Positions 55,620-64,000 of a DNA stretch of 64,000 nt are shown one piece after another. This DNA is from an uncultured Alphaproteobacteria bacterium (GTDB taxonomy: Bacteria; Pseudomonadota; Alphaproteobacteria; Rhizobiales; Xanthobacteraceae), in NCBI GenBank assembly GCA_963728585.1, contig CAVSLB010000006.1:565304-629303 (forward strand), read 5' to 3'. A program made the position numbers and the translations under genes. The notes beneath the pieces were generated by a model. The model made no database searches and had not been told where the DNA came from. It was given only the letters and a program-made list of their open reading frames with translations. Positions within the stretch are counted from its first letter, which is position 1; each line of letters starts with the position of its first letter.

Positions 55620-56489
55620 TCAGGCGCGTTTCTTCGCGCTGGCGCGCGCGCGGCCTGCGCGGGCGCGCTGCACACCGCGGCGCGTGCCGCGCGCCCGGCG
55701 CGGATGCGCACGGCCGCCTTGCTTCAGACTCTCGCGCAGCGCCTCGAGCACGCTGCTCGGCTTGGCCGGCACCTCGGGCGGCTCGAACTCCTTGATCTTG
55801 CGGCCTGCCTTCTTGGCCTTGATCAGGGTTTTCAGCGCGGCCTGATAATGATCCTGAAATTCCGAAGGCCGGAATTTGCCCATCTTTTTCTCGATCAGCA
55901 TCTCGGCCACGTCCAGCAATTCGCCCCCTACCTTGGACTTCGTGCCGCGAAAAGCATCCTTGGCATCGCGTACTTCCTCCGGCGAACGCAATGTGGTGGC
56001 GAGCATGCCGCTTTCACGCGGCTCCAGCAGCAGGACATGGTCGCGCTCGTGCATGATCACCGTCGCCAGCGCGCCGATTTCCTTCTTGCGCATCGCGTCT
56101 CGGATGACGGCGAAGGCTTCCTGCGACGCGTCATCGTTGGGTGCGAGAAAATAAGGCCGGTCGAAGTAAAGCGGATCGATTTCCTCGCGCGGGACGAATT
56201 TGGTGATCTCCATCACCCGCGTACTCTCAAGCGCGATCTTTTCCAGATCCTCGTCCTCCACCTCGACGGTGGAGCCCTTGCTGATCTGGTAGCCCTTCAC
56301 TTGCTGCTCGCGCGGGACTTCCTTTCCGGTTTCCTCGTCGACCATGCGCATGCGCAGGCGGTTGCCGGTTTTGCGGTTGAGCTTGTGGAAGTGTACTTTA
56401 TTTGCGGCAGTCACCGCCGGATAGAGCGCAACCGAGCAATTCACCAGGGACAGACGGAGATAGCCCTTCCAAATTGAGCGCGCGGCCAT
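55620..56489 (-). CDS. ku: non-homologous end-joining protein Ku
   Basis: MAARSIWKGYLRLSLVNCSVALYPA... is the canonical bacterial Ku N-terminus, with a basic C-terminal tail. Confidence 0.9.
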   Translation of the reverse strand: MAARSIWKGYLRLSLVNCSVALYPAVTAANKVHFHKLNRKTGNRLRMRMVDEETGKEVPREQQVKGYQISKGSTVEVEDEDLEKIALESTRVMEITKFVPREEIDPLYFDRPYFLAPNDDASQEAFAVIRDAMRKKEIGALATVIMHERDHVLLLEPRESGMLATTLRSPEEVRDAKDAFRGTKSKVGGELLDVAEMLIEKKMGKFRPSEFQDHYQAALKTLIKAKKAGRKIKEFEPPEVPAKPSSVLEALRESLKQGGRAHPRRARGTRRGVQRARAGRARASAKKRA

Positions 56490-56493
56490 GACC

Positions 56494-56664
56494 TCAGCGC
56501 CCGAAATAGAACAGCCAAAGCAGGGCGAAGATAATGACGATGGCGCTGAGCCCGACGATCAGCACGGTGCGCACGTTTTGTCCGGCGATGCCTTGCCGCG
56601 CCTCGTTGGTCGATTTCACCGGCCGCGGCGCTGTGGAGTCGGGGTTGGGGTTACGGACATCCAT
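56494..56664 (-). CDS. small C-terminally membrane-anchored protein (56 aa)
   Basis: MDVRNPNPDSTAPRPVKSTNEARQGIAGQNVRTVLIVGLSAIVIIFALLWLFYFGR. This is the 3' part of the long ORF 56494-57153, whose upstream part is antisense to 56792-57166. Confidence 0.45.
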   Translation of the reverse strand: MDVRNPNPDSTAPRPVKSTNEARQGIAGQNVRTVLIVGLSAIVIIFALLWLFYFGR

Positions 56665-56791
56665 GGACTGGCTCCGCCTTGCAAATTGGACGTGATCGGT
56701 CGCAATAGAATCCAACGCCGGGGCGACGCGATAGTTCCTAGCGTTAGGCGATTGTGCGGAACCTTGCGGCTGCGGCGCCGGTTGAATCTCC

Positions 56792-57166
56792 ATGAAGGCA
56801 TGGCACGCCACGCGGAAGTTCTGGCTGGAAATTGCCGCATTCCTGGCCGGGGCTGTTTTGGCATCCGTCATCGTTGCGCCGGCGCTGGGGCAGGGTATGT
56901 CACCCCCCGCGCCGGGCTCGCCGGCATGCTCACCCTCTTCGCCGCCGGGATCACCCGGTACGGTCACGACCGGTAAGGGCGAACCGGTCAATCCGGCAAC
57001 GCCGCCGGAGGATCTCAGCAAGCGCCTCGCGCAATCGGATGGAGTAATCTGCCCGCCACCCGCCGTCGACCCGCAGATGAAATTGCCGACGCCGGAAACC
57101 GGCAGAACGCCGGTCATCCCGCCGCCCGGCAGCCCGGGCGGCGACCCCAGCATCCGGCCGAAATAG
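56792..57166 (+). CDS. Pro-rich secreted/anchored hypothetical protein
   Basis: N-terminal TM/signal WLEIAAFLAGAVLASVIVAPALG, then Pro-rich ...GVICPPPAVDPQMKLPTPETGRTPVIPPPGSPGGDPSIRPK. Confidence 0.5.
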   Translation: MKAWHATRKFWLEIAAFLAGAVLASVIVAPALGQGMSPPAPGSPACSPSSPPGSPGTVTTGKGEPVNPATPPEDLSKRLAQSDGVICPPPAVDPQMKLPTPETGRTPVIPPPGSPGGDPSIRPK

Positions 57167-57171
57167 CTTTG

Positions 57172-58773
57172 CTATGAGCCTTTGCCGGCGCTGAAGAAGG
57201 CCTTCATATCGGCGCTGAAACTTTTGCGCGGCTCATCGGCGACATAGAACATGTGACCGCCGGAATAGAGTTTAAGCTGCGCGCGCTCCGGTTGCGTGAA
57301 CGGCGGCAGATGATCGAGGACGTAGCGGCTCGCCATGTAAGGCGTCACCAGGTCCGCATAGCCGTGTGCGATGATCAGCCGGAATGAGGGGTTGAAAGCC
57401 AAGAGGATGCGCAGATCGTCGCTGGCGCTCGGCTCGCTGCGGCCGCCCTCCCGCCAGTTCCAGTTGCCGCTGGTTTCCCCCGAGAGCAGCACGTAGCTCA
57501 TGTCGGTATGGAAGCCCAACTGCTCGCGTGCATAGCCGACGAATGCGCCCGCATAAGCGCGGGTGAATCCATCCAGCACCGGATCCGGCCCGCGGTCGCC
57601 GCGGCTATCCGGGAAAGGATCGTCCATGGCGAAGGAGCCGTCGTAGCGGCTGACCGTCATGCCATTGGCGGAGCGAAGACTCTTTAGGTAGTAATCGCGC
57701 AGGAAGCCACGCGATTTCGCCACGTCCTCTTCGGGAATGCCCGTCATCTTCGCCACCTTCGCGTAAAAGATGCGTGCCGCTTCGCCCTGTGGTGGGGGGC
57801 CGGCGAGGGTGGTGAGATATTCGCTCAGCGCGAAGCGCTCCGCCTGCGCCAAGGCTTCCTTGCTCATCGTGTTGCTGCGCTCGAGCTCGGCCGCGGCAAG
57901 CGACGGCAGATAGAGGGCGGCGCCAAGCGCAAAGCGGTCGCCGCCAAACTGGAAAGCGCCTTCCAGCATCGGCGAGACCATGACGATACCGGAGATCGCG
58001 ATGCCTTGGTCCTGTTGCAGGGCGCGCGCAACCTTGGCGGCGCGGAAGCCGCCATAGCTCTCGCCCAAAAGATATTTCGGCGAGGCGCTGCGTCCATTCT
58101 TGGCGGTGTAGAGCGCGATGACCTTGGCAAAGAAATCCGCGTCGCGCCGCACCCCGCGGAAAGCATCATTGCCGTCCGGCTTGGCCGCACGCGACCACCC
58201 GCTGCCGACCGGGTCGATCATCACCAGGTCGGTGAACTCGAGCCAGGTCTGCGGATTGGAGCGCAACTGCGCCGTGGCTGCGTCATTGCGGTCGCCGAAC
58301 TGCAAAATTTTCGGGCCGACCAGGCCGAGATGCAGATAGGCGGAAGCGGCTCCCGGCCCGCCATTGAAACCAAAGGTGACGGGCCTTGGCGCATCATTGC
58401 CGCCTTTGGCCACGTAAGCGGTGTAGAAGACCGCGGCGGTCTGTTCGCCGGACTGGTCATAAAGCGCGAGCGTTCCCGCCGTGGCGGTGTAAGCCAGGGT
58501 TTTGCCGCTTGCCAGCTCGATGCTGTGATCGGTAACGGAATCGGCAGGCAAGAGCCGAAGCACGCCAGAGGGCGTTTCGCGGCGCTGCTCGGTTTGCTGC
58601 TGTTTCGGTTCCTCCCGTTGCGGCTCCTGCCGTTGTTGCTGTTGCTGCTCCTGCCGCTGTGGCGGGTTGCTGCCGGTTCGTCCCTGCCGCTGCTGCGCCG
58701 AAACCGTGGCGGGCAGTGCCAGCGCCAGCGCCGCGATCAACAACTGACGGGTGAAGCACTTCATTCGCGTCAT
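57172..58773 (-). CDS. peptidase S10 (serine carboxypeptidase) family protein, secreted
   Basis: Signal MTRMKCFTRQLLIAALALALPATVSA, a Gln-rich linker, NGGPGAASAY and the catalytic GESYGG. Confidence 0.8.
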   Translation of the reverse strand: MTRMKCFTRQLLIAALALALPATVSAQQRQGRTGSNPPQRQEQQQQQRQEPQREEPKQQQTEQRRETPSGVLRLLPADSVTDHSIELASGKTLAYTATAGTLALYDQSGEQTAAVFYTAYVAKGGNDAPRPVTFGFNGGPGAASAYLHLGLVGPKILQFGDRNDAATAQLRSNPQTWLEFTDLVMIDPVGSGWSRAAKPDGNDAFRGVRRDADFFAKVIALYTAKNGRSASPKYLLGESYGGFRAAKVARALQQDQGIAISGIVMVSPMLEGAFQFGGDRFALGAALYLPSLAAAELERSNTMSKEALAQAERFALSEYLTTLAGPPPQGEAARIFYAKVAKMTGIPEEDVAKSRGFLRDYYLKSLRSANGMTVSRYDGSFAMDDPFPDSRGDRGPDPVLDGFTRAYAGAFVGYAREQLGFHTDMSYVLLSGETSGNWNWREGGRSEPSASDDLRILLAFNPSFRLIIAHGYADLVTPYMASRYVLDHLPPFTQPERAQLKLYSGGHMFYVADEPRKSFSADMKAFFSAGKGS

Positions 58774-58780
58774 GGCTCGC

Positions 58781-58987
58781 TCACTCCAGCTCGACATCGC
58801 CTTCTACGTCAAATGTCAGGTTCAAGCCCTCAACACGAATCGTCGCCTTGGCCAATAGCGATTCGTTTCCCTTCAAGCGCCCGTCGGCGACCGCATCGCG
58901 CACCGCCATCTCGATCTCGCGCTGGGAGGTAATTCCGACCTTCTTGAGAAATTTGCGCAGCGTGGCGTTGAGCGTTTCCTCATTCAT
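58781..58987 (-). CDS. DUF6494 family protein
   Basis: MNEETLNATLRKFLKKVGITSQREIEMAVRDAVADGRLKGNESLLAKATIRVEGLNLTFDVEGDVELE. Confidence 0.6.
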   Translation of the reverse strand: MNEETLNATLRKFLKKVGITSQREIEMAVRDAVADGRLKGNESLLAKATIRVEGLNLTFDVEGDVELE

Positions 58988-59267
58988 TGTCTTTATCCTT
59001 CTCCGCGGCCAGCCAAGGCTCCCTTGCCCCCGCCTCCGCGCAAAGCCTATGCTATTTTGGCCGGGGTGGCTCCCACCTATTGCAGTGCCGACTGAGCGAT
59101 TTTGATTGCGGTTTGAGCCGGCCGCGCTAAAGCAGGCAAGCCTTGTATCTGGCACCTATCGATATTTAATTTGGCCTTTCTTGCTGCGCCATCGCGCGGA
59201 ACTAACGGCCGCATCCGAGGGTTAAGTCGTTGCGCACGCGTTTTATTTCCCTGTCAGCGAGGCGAGT

Positions 59268-60539
59268 ATGCCGCCTGTTACGCCCGTACGGGTCTTCGAT
59301 CGTAGCTCCCCAATGAGTCCAATCGCGGCGAAATCGACGGTGCCTTCAGGAGATTTGCGCGACCGATGGTCGCGCGATTACCGCGCCGTTCGAGCGGAAA
59401 CTGAAAGGCGCGCTGCGCCGCTTTCACCGGAGGATCAGGTGGTGCAGTCGATGCCGGACGCCAGTCCGACGAAATGGCATCGCGCGCATACCACCTGGTT
59501 CTTCGAGCAATTCCTGCTGCTGGAAAACGATCCGCATTACCAGCGCTTCGATGAGCGCTTTGGCTATTTGTTCAATTCCTATTACGTCGCGGTGGGACCG
59601 CGGCATGCGCGTCCTCAGCGCGGGCTGGTAACGCGGCCGGGCGCCCACGAGGTTGCTGCCTACCGTGCGCATGTGGATGCCGCCGTGGAGCAACTGCTCA
59701 CGGCCGGCCATGAGGAGGCGCTGCAAAAAATCATTCCGATTGTGGAAATGGGCCTGCACCACGAGCAGCAGCATCAGGAGTTGATCCTCACCGATATCCT
59801 GCATGCCTTCGCGCAAAATCCGACGCATCCGGTCTATGACGGGAAATGGCAGATGCCGGGCAGCCAGCCCAACTCCGCAGGCTTCGCCGACGTGGCAAGC
59901 GGCATCCACACCATCGGCCATGATGACGAAGGATTCTTCTTCGACAATGAAGGCCCGCAACACCGGGTGTTTCTGCAGCCGGCGCGCGTCGCGCGCAATC
60001 TCGTCACCAACGCCGAATGGTTCGATTTCATTGCCGCGGACGGCTACGCAACTCCTGCCCTGTGGCTGTCGGATGGGTGGGATATGGCGAAAGCCGCGGG
60101 CTGGGAGGCACCGGGCTATTGGCAGAAAGTCGACGACGAGTGGTTCACGATGACACTCGGTGGTTTGCGTCCGGTCGACCCAGCAGCGCCGGTCTGTCAC
60201 GTCAGTTACTATGAAGCGGACGCTTTCGCGCGCTGGCGGGGCTGCCGTCTACCCAGCGAGGCGGAATGGGAAGTGACCGCGCGGGCGGGCGCGCTGGCCG
60301 ACGCTTTCGGCTCCGTTTGGCAGTGGACGCAAAGCTCTTACGCTCCTTATCCCGGCTACCGCCCGGTGGCAGGCGCGCTCGGTGAATACAATGGCAAGTT
60401 CATGGTCAATCAAATGGTCTTGCGCGGCAGCTCGCTGGCGACGCCGGAAGGCCACGCACGCGTGAGTTATCGCAACTTCTTCCCGCCGTCGGCGCGTTGG
60501 CAATTCAGCGGGTTACGCCTGGCGGATGACGGCAATTGA
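59268..60539 (+). CDS. egtB: ergothioneine biosynthesis protein EgtB (sulfoxide synthase; DinB_2 plus FGE-sulfatase domains)
   Basis: ...QSMPDASPTKWHRAHTTWFFEQF...HHEQQHQELILTD...GNVWQWT-like SVWQWTQSSYAPYPGY...VLRGSS. The alternative start at 59313 is possible. Confidence 0.85.
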   Translation: MPPVTPVRVFDRSSPMSPIAAKSTVPSGDLRDRWSRDYRAVRAETERRAAPLSPEDQVVQSMPDASPTKWHRAHTTWFFEQFLLLENDPHYQRFDERFGYLFNSYYVAVGPRHARPQRGLVTRPGAHEVAAYRAHVDAAVEQLLTAGHEEALQKIIPIVEMGLHHEQQHQELILTDILHAFAQNPTHPVYDGKWQMPGSQPNSAGFADVASGIHTIGHDDEGFFFDNEGPQHRVFLQPARVARNLVTNAEWFDFIAADGYATPALWLSDGWDMAKAAGWEAPGYWQKVDDEWFTMTLGGLRPVDPAAPVCHVSYYEADAFARWRGCRLPSEAEWEVTARAGALADAFGSVWQWTQSSYAPYPGYRPVAGALGEYNGKFMVNQMVLRGSSLATPEGHARVSYRNFFPPSARWQFSGLRLADDGN

Positions 60540-60576
60540 TGCCGTACCCGAAAATCACAAACAAGATTGGTGCTCC

Positions 60577-61544
60577 ATGGTCGCGTTAAAAAAGACGGTG
60601 CAGAAATTCGAACTGCCAGATCCCGCCTCGCTATTCGCAGCGGACGTGCTGAAGGGCTTAAAGTCGACGCCGAAGCGGATTCCACCGAAATACTTTTACG
60701 ATAGGGCCGGCTGCGCGCTGTTCGAGCGGATCACAGACCTGCCGGAATATTACCTGACGCGCAGCGAGCTGCGCATCCTGGAGGACAACGCGGCGGCTAT
60801 CGCCAATTATATTCCGTCGGGCTCGGCGCTGGTGGAATTTGGCAGCGGCTCGAGCCGCAAGACACGCATCCTGCTCGCCGCAGCACCGCAGCTTGCGGCC
60901 TATGTGCCGGTGGATATCTGCGGCGAGATGCTGGAGGACGAAGCGGCCGAGCTGCGCCAGGAATTTCCCAAGCTCGATGATCTCGCCCGTGGCGGCGGAT
61001 TTTGCCCAACCGTTCGATCTGCCGGCCTCGGTGCCCGCCGCCCGCGTCGGATTTTTTCCCGGCTCGACCATCGGCAATTTCGAGCCGCACGAGGCCGCCG
61101 CTTTCCTGCGTCACGCCGGGCAAATTCTTGGCCGCGGCGCCACTCTGATCGTCGGCACGGATTTGCAGAAAGACAACAGCATCATTAACGCCGCTTACAA
61201 CGATGCTGCCGGAATAACCCGGGACTTCAATCTCAACATCCTCGTGCGCATCAACCGCGAACTCGATGGAAAATTCGACCTCGGCAGCTTCGAGCATCAC
61301 GCCTTTTATAATCGCGAGCGCCACCGCATCGAAATGCACCTGGCGAGCAGCAAGCGGCAAAAGGTGCGGGTGGCGGGCGAGACCATCGAGTTCCGCGCCG
61401 GCGAGACGATCCATACGGAAAGCAGCTACAAGTATTCGGTCGATTCATTCAGCGCGCTGGCGCGCGGCATCCGGATGGACGCTGGTGGCGTCCTGGAGCG
61501 ACCCGGACCGCTATTTCTGCGTCCATGCTCTGGCCCTGCGGTAA
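60577..61544 (+). pseudogene. egtD: L-histidine N-alpha-methyltransferase EgtD, two +1 frameshifts (~60978, ~61466)
   Basis: ...PKRIPPKYFYDRAGCALFERITDLPEYYLTRSE...LVEFGSGSS... / ISPVAADFAQPFDLP...GFFPGSTIGNF...ESSYKYSVDSFSALAR / ASGWTLVASWSDPDRYFCVHALALR*. Frames run 1 -> 2 -> 0. Confidence 0.85.
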
Positions 61545-61674
61545 GGCGGACGTCGGCACACCTAAGCCTTTAGACGAGTATTCAGGGCCTTGGATGCCCT
61601 GAAGGGTTCGATATAGTCGCGGCCGCAAAATGACGGCCTTAGCCGTCAATCGGACGATCCAGAGCGGGGACAGC

Positions 61675-62559
61675 ATGAAAATCGTTGGCTTCAAGGGACA
61701 GGACGGGCGGCGCCTGGGCGTTGTCGAGGGCGACCAGCTCATCGACTTGCAGGCAGCAGATCCGAACGCGCCGAAGGACCTCGGCATGTGGCTGCGTCAG
61801 AGCAAGGGCGACCTATCCGCTATCGCCGATCTTGCCAAACGGGCCCCGGCTTCGGCGCGCGTGCCGCTCCAGACCATCACCTATTCGCTGCCGGTGGCCG
61901 CTCCGGGGAAGATCGTCTGCCTGGGACTTAACTATCTCGAGCACATCAAGGAAGGCTTCCAGAAAGACAACATTCCGAAATTTCCCACGATTTTCATGCG
62001 CTGCACGACCTCGCTGGTCGCGCATGATCAGCCGATGCTGCGCCCATCCATGACCAACAGCCTGGATTACGAAGCCGAGCTGGTGGTGATCATCGGCAAG
62101 CCCGCCAAGCATCTGACGATGGCCAACGCACTCTCATGCATCGCCGGCTATTCCTGCTTCAACGACGGCTCGGTGCGCGAATTTCAACGCCGCACCAGCC
62201 AGTGGGACATGGGCAAGAATTTCGACGCCACCGGAGGTTTCGGGCCGTGGATGATCTCGGCGGATGAAGTCCCGCCCGCGGGCAAGGGCCTGAAGATCGA
62301 GAGCCGGCTTAATGGCAAGGTCATGCAATCCGACAACACCGACAATATGATGTTTCCGGTGGCGGAGACGCTTGTCGACATCAGCCAGGCCATGACGCTG
62401 GAACCGGGCGACGTCATCGTCACCGGCACGCCTTCGGGCGTGGGCTTCGCGCGCAAGCCTCCGGTCTGGATGAACGAAGGCGACGTTTGCGAGATCGAGA
62501 TAGAAGGCGTGGGCCTGCTTCGTAATCCCATCAAGGAAGCAAAGCCGGCCGCGCAGTAG
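61675..62559 (+). CDS. fumarylacetoacetate hydrolase (FAH) family protein (fumarylpyruvate hydrolase-like, given the neighbouring gentisate dioxygenase)
   Basis: MKIVGFKGQDGRRLGVVEG...GLNYLEH...DYEAELVVIIGK...GDVIVTGTPSGVG. Confidence 0.8.
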   Translation: MKIVGFKGQDGRRLGVVEGDQLIDLQAADPNAPKDLGMWLRQSKGDLSAIADLAKRAPASARVPLQTITYSLPVAAPGKIVCLGLNYLEHIKEGFQKDNIPKFPTIFMRCTTSLVAHDQPMLRPSMTNSLDYEAELVVIIGKPAKHLTMANALSCIAGYSCFNDGSVREFQRRTSQWDMGKNFDATGGFGPWMISADEVPPAGKGLKIESRLNGKVMQSDNTDNMMFPVAETLVDISQAMTLEPGDVIVTGTPSGVGFARKPPVWMNEGDVCEIEIEGVGLLRNPIKEAKPAAQ

Positions 62560-62575
62560 TGGAATTGGGGACGGA

Positions 62576-63151
62576 ATGGCCGAAAAGCTGAACGTCCTGA
62601 GCATCTGCGGGAGCCTGCGGAAAGGCTCGTTCAATGCCATCGTGGAGCGGGCGCTGCCTGCGCTGGCGCCGGAGCAAATGAGCATCACTCCGGCGCCGCC
62701 GCACCGCCAGTTTCCGATCTACAATTTCGACATCCAGCATGAGCAGGGCATTCCCGCCGACGTCGCCACACTGGGCAAGGCGATCCTCGCCGCCGACGGC
62801 GTGGTGATCGTCAGTGCGGAATATAATTTTTCGATTCCCGGCGGCTTGAAGAATGCGATCGACTGGCTGTCGCGGATGAAGGAACCGTCGCCCTTCGCAG
62901 GCAAACCTTTTGCGATTCAGTCCGCGACCAGCGGGTCGGTCGGCGGCGCGCGGATGCAATATCACCTGCGCCAGGTGCTGAACGGGCTTAACGCCTTCGT
63001 CCTCAACAGCCCGGAGATCTTCATCGGCAATGCCAAGTCGAAGGTGGATGAAGCAAAGCGCGAGCTGACGGACGAGACCACCCGCGATTTCATCCGCAAG
63101 CAGCTTGCTGCCTTTGCCGTCTTCATCGAGCGGGTTCGCCCGAAGGGCTGA
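62576..63151 (+). CDS. NADPH-dependent FMN reductase family oxidoreductase
   Basis: LNVLSICGSLRKGSFN...DGVVIVSAEYNFSIPGGLKNAIDWLS. Confidence 0.8.
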   Translation: MAEKLNVLSICGSLRKGSFNAIVERALPALAPEQMSITPAPPHRQFPIYNFDIQHEQGIPADVATLGKAILAADGVVIVSAEYNFSIPGGLKNAIDWLSRMKEPSPFAGKPFAIQSATSGSVGGARMQYHLRQVLNGLNAFVLNSPEIFIGNAKSKVDEAKRELTDETTRDFIRKQLAAFAVFIERVRPKG

Positions 63152-63198
63152 CTGCTCTATAATGCGGCCGGAGGGTCCGAGGACCTAGGGAGCACAGC

Positions 63199-64000
63199 AT
63201 GCCGATCTCCACCGCGAAAAATGCCGCAGGCGCGAGCGGCCCGTCGCGCTCTCCGGAAGAAATTCGTGCGTTGCGCGGCGCCTATTATGAGCGCATCGGC
63301 CGCAAGCATATGGCGCCGCTATGGGAGGTAATGCGCGAACTGGTTCCGAACGAGCCGGCGACGCCATTTCTTCCGGCGCTTTGGCGTTTTGATGATTTCA
63401 AGCCGATGGTGTTTGAGGGCGGCGAGCTGATCACCGCCAAGGAAGCCGAGCGCCGGGTGCTGGTGCTGGAAAATCCCGGCATGCGCGGAAAATCCGCGAT
63501 CACCCAATCGCTCTATGCCGGTATCCAGCTCGTGCTGCCGGGTGAGATCGCACCGCCGCATCGGCACACCGCGAGCGCTATCCGCTTTATCCTGGAAGGC
63601 GAGGGCGCCTATACCCAAGTCGACGGCGAGAAGACGGAGATGCGTCCGGGCGATTTCGTCATCACGCCGGGCTGGACCGCGCACGACCACGGCAACGACA
63701 CCAGGCAGCCGATGATGTGGCTCGACGTGCTCGATCTGCCGATGGTGAATTTTTATGCCGCCGCTTTCTTCGAGGATTTGGGTGAAGAGCCGCAGAATAC
63801 CCGGCGCGGGCATGGCGATTCGATCGAGCGCTTCGGATCGGGGGTTTTTCCCGATGGCAGCGACACCTCGCTCAGACGCAGCCCGATCGTCAATTATCCC
63901 TATGCGCGCATGAAGCCGATTTTGCAGCGCCTGCAGCGCTCGGGCGATGTCGATCCGCGGCATGGCGCGCGCATCCGCTATGCCAATCCGTTCAACGGCG
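63199..64000 (+). CDS. gentisate 1,2-dioxygenase (partial, continues past the window end)
   Basis: Hand translation from ATG 63199: MPISTAKN...YYERIGRKHMAPLWEVM...LENPGMRGKSAITQSLYAGIQLVLPGEIAPPHRHTASAIRFILEGEGAYTQVDGE...GDFVITPGWTAHDHGN. Absent from the ORF track because no stop lies within the window. Confidence 0.8.
   Translation, partial: MPISTAKNAAGASGPSRSPEEIRALRGAYYERIGRKHMAPLWEVMRELVPNEPATPFLPALWRFDDFKPMVFEGGELITAKEAERRVLVLENPGMRGKSAITQSLYAGIQLVLPGEIAPPHRHTASAIRFILEGEGAYTQVDGEKTEMRPGDFVITPGWTAHDHGNDTRQPMMWLDVLDLPMVNFYAAAFFEDLGEEPQNTRRGHGDSIERFGSGVFPDGSDTSLRRSPIVNYPYARMKPILQRLQRSGDVDPRHGARIRYANPFNG

Overview
High-GC alphaproteobacterial chromosome segment. Gene content and synteny (chpT-cheA-cheW-cheY-cheB-cheR ... 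ctrA-fliJ-sciP-like-mnmA, Bug-family binding protein, egtBD, many Crp/Fnr paralogues) look like Bradyrhizobiaceae/Nitrobacteraceae-type Hyphomicrobiales; this placement is an inference. Layout: (i) 0-3.4 kb, secreted proteins, a frameshifted thermonuclease gene and a tandem lipocalin-like duplication. (ii) 3.5-9.4 kb, phage-derived remnant (lysozyme lysis cassette with an overlapping lipoprotein ORF, S1 protease, cytochrome c/P460 fusion, a chain of translationally coupled small genes including DUF1937) ending at tRNA-Val(CAC). (iii) 9.5-27.2 kb, conserved core: coiled-coil protein, DUF1134, chpT, che operon, HdeD-like, dodecin, two Crp copies, ctrA, fliJ, DUF1153/SciP-like, mnmA, methyltransferase. 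(iv) 27.3-41.1 kb, accessory island of small ORFs, gene fragments and repeat modules with no integrase or transposase seen, ending at a tRNA with CAT anticodon. (v) 41.2-49.5 kb, REC-PAS-HWE kinase-REC gene translationally coupled to a giant (~2100 aa) cytoplasmic poly-HAMP hybrid histidine kinase that holds a 9 x 276 bp in-frame tandem array. (vi) 49.9-64 kb, catabolic and housekeeping genes: Bug SBP, AraC, hydrolase/LLM monooxygenase/hydrolase/flavin reductase operon, Ku, S10 peptidase, egtB-egtD, FAH hydrolase, FMN reductase, gentisate 1,2-dioxygenase (runs off the window). The most striking sequence-level observation: at 22 sites in 13 otherwise conserved genes the frame is broken by exactly one extra nucleotide, always +1. 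This most likely reflects a systematic insertion-type sequencing or assembly artefact. Real decay of chemotaxis and signalling genes is the alternative. Other items worth a second look: a 3-copy ~145 bp structured intergenic repeat of unknown family, a 181 bp direct repeat of the ctrA 3' end bracketing a 2.65 kb mosaic block, a conserved ~60 nt leader motif, a 172 bp repeated terminator module and a 4-member family of small helical proteins. No CRISPR array, rRNA gene or intact mobile-element gene was found.
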